From Acaryochloris thomasi RCC1774 (lineage in GTDB: Bacteria > Cyanobacteriota > Cyanobacteriia > Thermosynechococcales > Thermosynechococcaceae), in contig NZ_PQWO01000010.1 in NCBI RefSeq assembly GCF_003231495.1, positions 30,001 through 62,000 on the forward strand: a DNA stretch of 32,000 nucleotides, given 5' to 3'. The notes beneath the pieces were generated by a model. It was not told the origin of the DNA, made no database searches, and worked only from the letters and a program-made list of their open reading frames with translations. Of the stretch, positions 14,658 through 23,096 are shown in pieces (position 1 is the stretch's first letter; each line of letters begins with the position of its first letter). A program made the position numbers and the translations under genes.

Positions 14658-16244
14658 TCAGCTAACTGGCTGAGTGAGTGGTAAGTCCTGAGGCCATGCA
14701 ATTAAATTGAGGCGATCCTGATAGTCTCTCAATGAGGCAAGGGGAATCAAGGCTTTTGTAAATGGCTGATAACCGTGGATTTGATAGCCCTCCTTCTTCA
14801 GATAGTTCGTCACTTCGAGGTTGCTGCCCTGACTGCCAGCAATATTTTCGTAAAGAATAATAGGTTTGAACTTTGCTAATAGTGTTTTACTTCCTGCAAG
14901 CACAGATAGCTCATGCCCTTCAGCATCAATCTTTAGAAAGTCTATCTGCTGAAGATTTTCGCGATTACAAATCTCATCCAGCGTAAAACAATTCACCTTC
15001 TCTGCTCCATCTGGGGCATTCTCTTCCGCAACCAGCTCATTTAACTCACTCGCTGAATTGAGCGATAAATAGGAGGTACCGTTACGATCGCTAGCAGCCC
15101 CCGCATAAATCGTCACCCAATCAAACTGGTTCACTAGGCGAGTCTCCTCCAAGCAACGAATACAGCCTGAGAAGGGTTCCACAGCAATCACCCGTCCCTC
15201 AGAACCAACCCGCTTAGCGGCGCTAAACGTATACACGCCCACATTGGCTCCCACATCAATCACAGTCATCCCTGGCTGCAGCCAATGCCGCCAAAATTCC
15301 ATCTCATCCTCGAACCAGTCCCCTTCCGCCAGCAGCACACTCGTCACAATGCTACGAAAGCTAGGCTCAACAGCAAGCGTAATCTCTTGGTCAAACGCAA
15401 CATAGGTATTCGGTTGCTCCGCCGTCACTTGAGTCCACTGCTCAGAGGCGTCGTGCAAATTGCCACTCGTTAAACTCTGGGCAGTTGTCAACCAATGCTC
15501 AGCAGTTTGGCACTGCCCCAAATCACGATACGCAATATGAAGCGCCTGGAGTACAGACATTTCCTGGGGCGCTAATTCTGCGGCTCGATGAAGATACATC
15601 AGACTTTCCCAAGCCCCGTTCATGATGCCTGAAACTCCTGCCCTTAGATTAATTGACACAGAGCTGAGAATTGTTTGATTGGCAAGTTGCAGAAACCGAA
15701 AGCCTGTTGGGCTATAAAAGACAAACTGCGATCTCCACAGCACTTCACTCGCCAACTTCAGCCCCTGGGCAAATGCTGTCTGCTCTTCCATCATGTTGGC
15801 AAACCAACTCTGCATATCTTCGCTAGTTATCTGCCAAGTTAGAGGTCGATACATCAGTCCCTTCGGCACGTCTGAAAGCAGAGAAATTGGCTGCAACGCA
15901 CTCAGAATTAAATTGAAAGAGATGTCACAGGCTGTTTCACGATCTCCCAGCATGCTTTGCAGTAAAGCTAGATGAACCTGACAAAGCGAATGACTACCTC
16001 CTTGTTGCAAGGCATCCACCGCCATCTCGACATAAAACGATCGCATCATCCCATCATCAGACCGCTCAGCCTCAATTAGAGCCATGACCCCCACATTATT
16101 GCAATCCAACTCAGTCTTCGGATTCTCCCAATCCGTCTGCTCCAAGATCTCTATGACTCCACCCCTCATCTCAGATACCACCTCAACACCCAGAGCATCA
16201 AGATACTGGAAATAGGTCTCAGAATAGGACGTGCGATCACTCAT
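14658..16244 (-). CDS. FkbM-family SAM-dependent methyltransferase with an N-terminal domain of about 300 aa and unknown function
   Basis: 528 aa. The C-terminal third reads MTVIDVGANVGVYTFSAAKRVGSEGRVIAVEP..FLKIDAEGHELSVLAGS, which is the Methyltransf_21/FkbM pattern. I recognise no motif in the N-terminal region. The gene converges on the GT41 gene with a 35-nt gap. Confidence 0.8.
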   Translation of the reverse strand: MSDRTSYSETYFQYLDALGVEVVSEMRGGVIEILEQTDWENPKTELDCNNVGVMALIEAERSDDGMMRSFYVEMAVDALQQGGSHSLCQVHLALLQSMLGDRETACDISFNLILSALQPISLLSDVPKGLMYRPLTWQITSEDMQSWFANMMEEQTAFAQGLKLASEVLWRSQFVFYSPTGFRFLQLANQTILSSVSINLRAGVSGIMNGAWESLMYLHRAAELAPQEMSVLQALHIAYRDLGQCQTAEHWLTTAQSLTSGNLHDASEQWTQVTAEQPNTYVAFDQEITLAVEPSFRSIVTSVLLAEGDWFEDEMEFWRHWLQPGMTVIDVGANVGVYTFSAAKRVGSEGRVIAVEPFSGCIRCLEETRLVNQFDWVTIYAGAASDRNGTSYLSLNSASELNELVAEENAPDGAEKVNCFTLDEICNRENLQQIDFLKIDAEGHELSVLAGSKTLLAKFKPIILYENIAGSQGSNLEVTNYLKKEGYQIHGYQPFTKALIPLASLRDYQDRLNLIAWPQDLPLTQPVS

Positions 16245-16333
16245 GCTCTAACTCAAATTAGGGACAGAATCGATCTTAATATCCCCAATTTCGGGCGATC
16301 TGCACACACCCTTCTGAAATCTGTGACAGCAGA

Positions 16334-17323
16334 TCACGCATTACGAGCCAGCCAATTGACCAAATCAGTCTGGTCCGAAAAATCCAGCAGCGCATCACTT
16401 AAATTTTCTAACTGAGAGATAGGCAACCCCCGAATCTGTGCATCTACTGGGGATGAAATCGTTCCAAATCGTCGATTGAGCAACCGCAATATGAGCGCAA
16501 CCTCTCCTTCCTGACGACCTTCCTGACGACCTTCCTGACGACCTTCCTGACGGCCTTCCTGCAAAGCCTCTTGATAGACCTTTGTTTGTCTCAATTCCCC
16601 AAGGCTAAACATACGTTCAATCTCCTCTCGACTGAGTTTCGGAAACTTGTAAACCATAATCGTTTCAATCATCTCTATTATCTCTCGAATTTTAGGCGTT
16701 GCACTCCGCTGGCTTCGAGCCTGTTCAACGAGTCTCTGAGCCTGCATCTCGGCGGTCTGCGGCCTAGCAACAATAAGCTGCACTAAACCGACACCCAACG
16801 AATCAGTCTCAACGGTTTGCAAATCTTCCAAATAGATCCGCTGTACCTGTGGGCAATCGAGTAAAGAACGAAAAAGATGAGACTGAGATGGCTCAGTACT
16901 ACGCTTCGCAAATAGAACAGCGGCTCGCCAGTCAACCGCCTGCGGATACTGCTGCAAAAACAGGAAAATCTCTGAGAAGAAGCGGTGGTAGAACTCTGGA
17001 TCAGACTGAACCTGAACCTCCACAAACCAAACGGTAGGGTCAATCGCATCTGGCTGGGGTAAAAACACACCATCAATGCGGAATGCAACTTGCTTCAGCT
17101 CAACGGAGCGGAACTGGTAATTCTGAGCAGCTTGCGCAGGCTGGCCCAAGAGTTCAAAAAAGATACTGGGTGCAGTCTGGAAAATTCGGTAGAAAAGAGA
17201 ATCTGTCTTCAAGCAACATTCCTGCCTATTAACAGAATTGATTGTAGATGGAAAGTTGGACTGCCTTGATGATGAGAGCCTCGTGACTCTGCGGTGAAGA
17301 ACCGACAAAAGTCTCAGTACCAA
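16334..17323 (-). CDS. Rpn-family / DUF2887 + DUF4351 PD-(D/E)xK-like putative nuclease, a multi-copy family in cyanobacteria
   Basis: KTDSLFYRIFQTAPSIFFELLG is a typical N-terminus for DUF2887. FRIDGVF..WFVEVQ is the nuclease-like core. The C-terminal LILRLLNRRFGTISSPVDAQIRGLPISQLENLSDALLDF resembles DUF4351. The likely true start is the TTG at 17212 (MKTDSLFY), not the track start at 17323. Confidence 0.7.
   Translation of the reverse strand: MVLRLLSVLHRRVTRLSSSRQSNFPSTINSVNRQECCLKTDSLFYRIFQTAPSIFFELLGQPAQAAQNYQFRSVELKQVAFRIDGVFLPQPDAIDPTVWFVEVQVQSDPEFYHRFFSEIFLFLQQYPQAVDWRAAVLFAKRSTEPSQSHLFRSLLDCPQVQRIYLEDLQTVETDSLGVGLVQLIVARPQTAEMQAQRLVEQARSQRSATPKIREIIEMIETIMVYKFPKLSREEIERMFSLGELRQTKVYQEALQEGRQEGRQEGRQEGRQEGEVALILRLLNRRFGTISSPVDAQIRGLPISQLENLSDALLDFSDQTDLVNWLARNA
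16506..16561 (-). repeat. 12-bp tandem repeat of about 4.7 units (ccttcctgacga on the + strand) encoding (QEGR)4QEG
   Basis: Read directly from the sequence. Units lie at 16506-16517, 16518-16529, 16530-16541 and 16542-16553 (last base differs), with a partial unit at 16554-16561. The repeat sits in frame inside the DUF2887/DUF4351 CDS, between its two domains. Confidence 0.95.
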
Positions 17324-17480
17324 TAGCTCCCCTGTTCAGATCACTTCACATCTCTCTCGAGGAACCTTACCAGTCGTTTAAGTTTCTTCATATTTAGAGG
17401 TATTGTATTAATATCCGTGGCAACAAATAGCTATCGGTTTATCCCTGAATATGCTGTGAGGAACTGGGGGAAACAGGGAA

Positions 17481-18554
17481 GTGAAACAACAGTTGTCATC
17501 CAAATCCTTTCTGATGGGGCGGACGCCACTACAGCCCGTGCGCGTCGGCGTGATCGGCGTAGGCAACATGGGCCAGCACCACACTCGAGTGCTGAGCTTG
17601 CTCAAAGATGTCGAACTCATTGGTATTTCTGACCTTGATCGCGAACGGGGCATTGACACCGCCAGCAAATATCAGGTGCAGTTTTTTCACAACTATCGCT
17701 CGATGCTGCCCCACGTTGATGCAGTGTGCGTCGCAGTCCCGACCCGACTGCATCACGAAGTCGGGATGACCTGCTTGCAGGCTGGCATCCATGTCTTAAT
17801 TGAAAAACCAATCGCCGCCAGTATTGCGGAAGCCGAATCTCTCGTCAATACTGCAGCCCAACAACAGTGCATTCTGCAGGTGGGCCATATTGAGCGCTTT
17901 AACCCAGCCTTTCAAGAACTGACCAACGTTCTAAAAACAGAAGAAGTGCTAGCCCTCGAAGCCCATCGCATGAGTCCTTACTCCGATCGAGCAAACGATG
18001 TCTCAGTGGTTCTAGATTTGATGATCCACGACATCGATCTGCTGCAGGAAATTGCAGCCGCTCCCGTTATTAAGCTGACGGCCAGCGGCAGCCAGTCAGG
18101 ACCGGGCTATCTCGACTACGTGACGGCTACGCTGGGGTTTGCCAACGGCATTGTCGCCACGCTTACCTCTAGTAAGGTGACCCATCGCAAGCAGCGACGG
18201 ATAGTGGCTCACTGTAAAAACTCACTGACCGAAGCCGATTTCTTGAACAACGATATTCAGATTCACCGACAGGTCACAGCAAGCTGCATGGCGGCCCACG
18301 GACAGGTTCTCTACCGCCAGGATGGCCTCATTGAGCAGGTCTCTACGAGTAATATTGAACCCCTTCATGCGGAGTTAGAGCATTTTGTAAACTGTGTGCG
18401 AGGTGGCGATCAGCCGTCAGTGGGCGGGGCTCAGGCCCTCAAGGCTCTGCGGCTAGCTAGCCTGATAGAACAGATGGCACTTGATGGCTGTACCTGGGAA
18501 ACATCTAGCGATGGACTGGAGCTAAGCTCACCTTCTGCAACGCTGCAGATCTAA
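17481..18554 (+). CDS. Gfo/Idh/MocA family NAD(P)-dependent oxidoreductase
   Basis: 357 aa. The Rossmann start is VRVGVIGVGNMGQHHTRVL and the EKP motif is VLIEKPIA. The track start is GTG at 17481, and an in-frame ATG at 17514 is an alternative. Confidence 0.8.
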   Translation: MKQQLSSKSFLMGRTPLQPVRVGVIGVGNMGQHHTRVLSLLKDVELIGISDLDRERGIDTASKYQVQFFHNYRSMLPHVDAVCVAVPTRLHHEVGMTCLQAGIHVLIEKPIAASIAEAESLVNTAAQQQCILQVGHIERFNPAFQELTNVLKTEEVLALEAHRMSPYSDRANDVSVVLDLMIHDIDLLQEIAAAPVIKLTASGSQSGPGYLDYVTATLGFANGIVATLTSSKVTHRKQRRIVAHCKNSLTEADFLNNDIQIHRQVTASCMAAHGQVLYRQDGLIEQVSTSNIEPLHAELEHFVNCVRGGDQPSVGGAQALKALRLASLIEQMALDGCTWETSSDGLELSSPSATLQI

Positions 18555-18667
18555 AACTTAATCTCGACATCATCAGATCGAGTCACTTTCTCAATTTGAA
18601 TGGTCTACACTACAGATTGCAATAACCCAACGGGCTTCATTTAGACTTGGAGAGAGGATCGAGCAAT

Positions 18668-18811
18668 ATGTCTTCAGATTTTGACCGTGGCATCATGAAG
18701 TTTGAGGGTGCCGATAAACCTGTCACGATCGCTCTGTCTGCGGTGATCGTATTAGGTTCTATTGCTGTTTTGATTGGATGGGCACTGCGCTCTGCCTATA
18801 TCTTTAGCTAG
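18668..18811 (+). CDS. Unannotated small ORF encoding a predicted 47-aa single-pass membrane protein
   Basis: My own reading gives MSSDFDRGIMKFEGADKPVTIALSAVIVLGSIAVLIGWALRSAYIFS*. A GGAGAG-type purine-rich stretch lies about 10 nt upstream of the ATG. There is one 22-residue hydrophobic helix. It falls below the size cut-off of the supplied track. Its 3' end overlaps the 3' end of the convergent comF by 8 nt. Confidence 0.4.
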   Translation: MSSDFDRGIMKFEGADKPVTIALSAVIVLGSIAVLIGWALRSAYIFS

Positions 18812-19505
18812 TATTTTGCTGGCTCTGGCTGGAACGGTTGAAGCGTTGCGCTTGGGCAACTGCAACAGTACCGTGTACTTGAATGCCTGATTTCTGTAAA
18901 ACCTGGGTGGCGGCTTTGATAGTGGCCCCAGTGGTATATATATCGTCCAGTAACAGTACAGGCCATTTAGGTCGCTGACGCTTGAAGTCCGGTCCCAGGG
19001 CAAAGGCTTGCTCTAGATTGCGCTGACGTTCGGTGATGGTCAGACCAAATTGGGCTTGGGTGGCTCGACGGCGGATTAAGGCTTGCGATCGCATCTTCAA
19101 CCCGGTCACCTGACAAAAGCTACGGGCAATCAACTCTGCCTGGTTATAGCCCCGTTGAGATCGACGCTGATCATGGAGCGGAATCGGCACCACAACACAT
19201 TGCTGGAGCACCTCCTGCTGTAGCCACGATTGTGCCAACCACTGACCCAACGGACGTGCGATTTCAGCTCTGCCGTCATACTTGAGGAGTGCGATCGCTC
19301 GTTTTAGAGCACCCGCATAGTTCCCCCATGCCAACACCGTAGTGCTCGAACACTTACTTTGGCACACCTGTAGTTGAGACAAACAATCTGAGCAAAAAAC
19401 TGCTGTCGCCCAGCGTTGACAAAGGGGGCAGCGAGGCCGCAAGCCTAACCTAAGAATACCCTCGACAATGGAAACCCATGCCATCTGCCGAAACCTATTC
19501 GGCAC
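18804..19505 (-). CDS. comF: ComF-family protein (phosphoribosyltransferase-like competence protein)
   Basis: 233 aa. The N-terminal zinc-finger pattern is CPLCQR..FCSDC, and the PRTase motif is VLLLDDIYTTGATIKAA. The track start is GTG at 19505, and an ATG at 19484 is an alternative. Confidence 0.8.
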   Translation of the reverse strand: MPNRFRQMAWVSIVEGILRLGLRPRCPLCQRWATAVFCSDCLSQLQVCQSKCSSTTVLAWGNYAGALKRAIALLKYDGRAEIARPLGQWLAQSWLQQEVLQQCVVVPIPLHDQRRSQRGYNQAELIARSFCQVTGLKMRSQALIRRRATQAQFGLTITERQRNLEQAFALGPDFKRQRPKWPVLLLDDIYTTGATIKAATQVLQKSGIQVHGTVAVAQAQRFNRSSQSQQNTS

Positions 19506-19564
19506 TTGATAGAGAGATTGTGCAGAATACTGACAAAATACTCAAGACAGGCGCACCCGCGCTC

Positions 19565-19951
19565 CTAAGCCAACGTCTCCGGACAATAGCCCAGACCCTT
19601 GATAAACTGCTCTCTGAAGGCCTTGATCTCTGTTAAATCCGGTGCACCATGGGCAATGACCGCCACCTGATAGCGCTCCATCACCGTCACCGGAGACTGC
19701 CCATCTTCCAGCGCTTCTAGAACATTGCGGACCCTAACATTGGGGGAGTAGGAGACACCCAGCTCCATCAGGAAGGCTTGAAAGTCACCTTCAGCCTGCT
19801 CAGTCCATCCGGCCGCCTGGACCCGCAAAATCCAGCCGTTTAACCGATGAATAACACTCACAAACTGGGTCGGTAAATGCGGGCTGCTACGCAGATGTTG
19901 AATCGCGCGCAGTACGAGTGTTGAATTACTAAAGCTGTAGAGATAGTCCAT
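19565..19951 (-). CDS. Hypothetical protein (128 aa)
   Basis: A clean ORF with an ATG start, backbone-like composition and sensible spacing from its neighbours. I recognise no motif. Confidence 0.55.
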   Translation of the reverse strand: MDYLYSFSNSTLVLRAIQHLRSSPHLPTQFVSVIHRLNGWILRVQAAGWTEQAEGDFQAFLMELGVSYSPNVRVRNVLEALEDGQSPVTVMERYQVAVIAHGAPDLTEIKAFREQFIKGLGYCPETLA

Positions 19952-20169
19952 GCCATTTTCTCCGTGGGTGCTCTTGAGGCCCTCTTGCTAGCACCTGTTA
20001 CACCTGTCTTCTTCTATTGTCAGCGGGATTTTCTATGCCGGATACCGAAGAACCCCCATAATAATTAGGGAGTTATACCCAAACTTGAGAAAACCCCTTA
20101 AGAACTGGCTGAGATCCTCTCTCTGACTAAGTATTTTAGCCTAACGCCATTCTTCTTCATCGCGATTTT

Positions 20170-21261
20170 GTGCCCAGCATGTCTAACGCACCCTACTCCC
20201 AAGATCACTGTCTGAGCGCCTACGACTACACCCTCCCAGAGACCTTGATTGCCCAGACACCGATGGTGCCCCGCGATCGGTCACGTCTGCTCGTTGTTGA
20301 ACCCACCACCCACCAGCACCGACACTTCTACGAGCTCCCTCAGCTTCTGCGATCCGGCGATTTGCTAGTACTCAACAATACCCGCGTTATTCCAGCGCGA
20401 CTCTTGGGTTATAAGCTTTCAAGCAAGGGCGGTCAAATTCCCGTCGAGGTTCTGCTGTTAGAACCTCGACCCGACCAATGCTGGCTAGCGCTTGTCAAAC
20501 CCGGTCGGCGGCTCAAACCAGGAGCCAATATTATCTTTGGCAATCCGGAACAACCGAGCCTGCAGGCAACGGTTCTAGAAACAGATGCAGAAACACGGGG
20601 GCGCATTATCCAGTTTCATGTCGATTCTGGCAAAGTTTTAGAGGCCAAGATCCATCAGCTAGGGCAGCTCCCGCTCCCTCCCTATATTCACCATTCCAGC
20701 GCCGCACCTGAACAATATCAAACCGTCTTCGCTGAACAACCCGGAGCCGTCGCGGCCCCCACCGCTGGCCTGCACTTTACACCTCAGTTGCTAGAACAGC
20801 TTAGTGCTCAAGGCATCCAACAAGCCTGGATTACTTTGCATGTGGGTCTCGGCACCTTCCGCCCCGTCGAGATTGACCACATTACCGATCACAGGATGCA
20901 CGCCGAATGGATTGACATTTCTCCCGCCACAGTTGCAGCCGTTCAGCAGACCCAGGCTCAAGGGGGCCGCATTATTGCAGTGGGGACAACTGCCGTCCGC
21001 GCCCTGGAGGGAGCAGCGCAGTCGGGCACACTCCAGCCCTATCGAGGCAAAACGCAGATTTTTATCTATCCCGGTTATCAGTGGCAGGTCGTAGACGGGT
21101 TGATTACGAACTTTCATTTGCCCAAGTCGAGTTTGATGATGCTGGTGAGTGCGCTCATCGGTCGCCAGCGCCTGCTTACTCTCTATCAAGAGGCCATTGA
21201 CGAGCGGTATCGCTTTTACTCCTTTGGTGATGCAATGTTGATTATGCCCGTTAGAGATTGA
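20170..21261 (+). CDS. queA: S-adenosylmethionine:tRNA ribosyltransferase-isomerase (queuosine biosynthesis)
   Basis: 363 aa. LSAYDYTLPETLIAQTPMVPRDRSRLLVV, LVLNNTRVIPARL, PLPPYI and GLHFT are QueA hallmarks. The track start is GTG at 20170, and an ATG at 20179 is an alternative. Confidence 0.9.
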   Translation: MPSMSNAPYSQDHCLSAYDYTLPETLIAQTPMVPRDRSRLLVVEPTTHQHRHFYELPQLLRSGDLLVLNNTRVIPARLLGYKLSSKGGQIPVEVLLLEPRPDQCWLALVKPGRRLKPGANIIFGNPEQPSLQATVLETDAETRGRIIQFHVDSGKVLEAKIHQLGQLPLPPYIHHSSAAPEQYQTVFAEQPGAVAAPTAGLHFTPQLLEQLSAQGIQQAWITLHVGLGTFRPVEIDHITDHRMHAEWIDISPATVAAVQQTQAQGGRIIAVGTTAVRALEGAAQSGTLQPYRGKTQIFIYPGYQWQVVDGLITNFHLPKSSLMMLVSALIGRQRLLTLYQEAIDERYRFYSFGDAMLIMPVRD

Positions 21262-21264
21262 TTC

Positions 21265-21585
21265 ATGCAGCAAGAGCCGAAACCGGATGCCCAAGAGCAG
21301 GAGCTAGAGCTGCTGCGACAGGAAAAAATGATTTTACTAGGACTGATGGCGGGGGGATACGCCTACTTTTTGCGCCAGTTTATGATCGGCCATCACACCC
21401 CCACTGGCCTAAGCTCTGACCTATGCGAACAGACGATTCTAGATGCTCTTAAACGAGTGGTCTCTACTCAGGAGCGGTTTGGCTATGAGTATCTCTCTGA
21501 GATTGAAGCCGCGTTGACCCGCATGAGTCAGGCTTATCCTCTGGAGCCTTACGTGCAACAGGTGGCCTCACCTGAGCGCGATTGA
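21265..21585 (+). CDS. Hypothetical protein (106 aa)
   Basis: The ATG lies 3 nt after the queA stop, suggesting translational coupling. No motif recognised. Confidence 0.5.
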   Translation: MQQEPKPDAQEQELELLRQEKMILLGLMAGGYAYFLRQFMIGHHTPTGLSSDLCEQTILDALKRVVSTQERFGYEYLSEIEAALTRMSQAYPLEPYVQQVASPERD

Positions 21586-21644
21586 GGAACGAGGAACCAG
21601 AGTTCAGATAACGGAGAGGGTGCTGCAGCTCATTTTTGACCTGC

Positions 21645-22265
21645 CTACGTAAAGACTCGAACCTTGGACAGACTCTTTCGCTGGGCAGCTTCGCGCCGTT
21701 TATGCCGTGCGCGACGCAGCATGTTGATCGCCTTCCTAATCAGGCCGATCATAATCAAGATTACGGCTGTGGCCGCGAACAAAGGCAGCGCTAGACCCAG
21801 CAACGTCAAAAGAACCGACAACCCTGCTTCTGCAGTTGAAACAACTGGGGTGGCCGTCCCCACGGTTAAAGTGTTGGCAGCAAAGCGAGTGGCGGCAGTG
21901 GCGCTTTCTACAATTCCCGCTGAGCCGCCGCCAGCCAAAAGTGCCAGCGACCATTGGAGAACGGGATTAAGATCGCCTAGGCTGGCTGCAGTGAGGACGG
22001 TGCCAATGGCGATGGCTGTGGGAATCTCAATCAGATCTAGTAGATTGCTAATTCCCGGCACGTAGTAGGCCAAGATTTCAATGACGGTGGCTGTTGCTAA
22101 GACCATCAAAGCAGGGTAGGTTCCCAGCCACTGCAGACTAGGCAGCAGCTGGAGGTCGCCGATGAGGGCAGCAATGCTGAGGATTAAAGGGGGGATAAAG
22201 ATTCTCAGACCACAGGCGGCACTCAAGGTAATCCCAAGACATAGGCCAATCAATACGTCCATCAA
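21645..22265 (-). CDS. DUF4126-family integral membrane protein
   Basis: 206 aa. The N-terminus MMDVLIGLCLGITLSAACGLRIFIPPLILSIAAL and the overall Gly/Ala-rich TM pattern resemble DUF4126. The C-terminal tail is basic. Confidence 0.65.
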   Translation of the reverse strand: MMDVLIGLCLGITLSAACGLRIFIPPLILSIAALIGDLQLLPSLQWLGTYPALMVLATATVIEILAYYVPGISNLLDLIEIPTAIAIGTVLTAASLGDLNPVLQWSLALLAGGGSAGIVESATAATRFAANTLTVGTATPVVSTAEAGLSVLLTLLGLALPLFAATAVILIMIGLIRKAINMLRRARHKRREAAQRKSLSKVRVFT

Positions 22266-23096
22266 TGAATGTGCTCCTGTCCTTTGATGATGCAGCTGAG
22301 GTGGTCTTAAGGCTAGAGTTCTAGTGATCTTACCGAGCGATGAGTTAATGGTGCCCGGATTCTCAGTTTATGCTGTTGATCCAGATGCTGCATCTTGCAT
22401 CCATGAAGTTGATGCTTGGGGGGCACTTGGGACCGGATGTTGGTTGCGATCGCAACATCCTCTGTGACAATTCGCCACTGCTCCCTGAAGAGTTGCTGCT
22501 AGACTCTCCGAGAGCAAGCAACAGATCCAGAATGATTGTTTTGAACCACTGGTCCACCGACGGCAAGCCGACTGTCACTATTTCCTGCTTCCCCGCTGAA
22601 GCATAGTGATAAAGATTCGCTATATCTGCGAGATTCGAGCTAGCGTCGCTCCCTCAGAATCATCGCGACAAAACACTGGAGTCAACTTGCTTCTCCTGGG
22701 TTCTGTTAAGCGACCTTAGCACTCGACATTTTTCAGCTCATCAACAGCGTACCCAATGCTTAGTACATTGCTTGTGGACCAAATATGGGGTCAGGACTGC
22801 TGCTGCCATCTAGATCCACGACCCGGGATAAGATCTCTTTGATAAAGGCGACAGTTCGACAGGATGCACAGGAGACCCCGTCCATGTCTAAGACCCGATG
22901 ACTCTAGGTGCCCATCATGTGGGCTTAACCGTGCCTGATAAAGAGTCTCGGGCCTGTAAAAGCGCGATTCTCTAAATCTAAAGCGTGTCATCAATGAAGT
23001 TAGATCACAAAAGCGCAGAATTGGAAGTCTATGGGGTTAGATAGCTCGAAAGGGCGCTGAGCATCTAAACTATCAAACACACCTATACAGGCCCCT

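Noticed and set aside
20791-21294. 167-aa minus-strand ORF
   Set aside because: It is fully antisense to queA, whose identity is unambiguous. Long antisense ORFs are typical of GC-rich coding regions.
22363-22994. Track ORFs 22363..22578(-), 22370..22606(+) and 22791..22994(-) in the long gap upstream of the antiporter gene
   Set aside because: They overlap one another, are short, and lack motifs and ribosome-binding sites. I treat them as non-coding or decayed sequence (see the finding on this gap) rather than calling genes.
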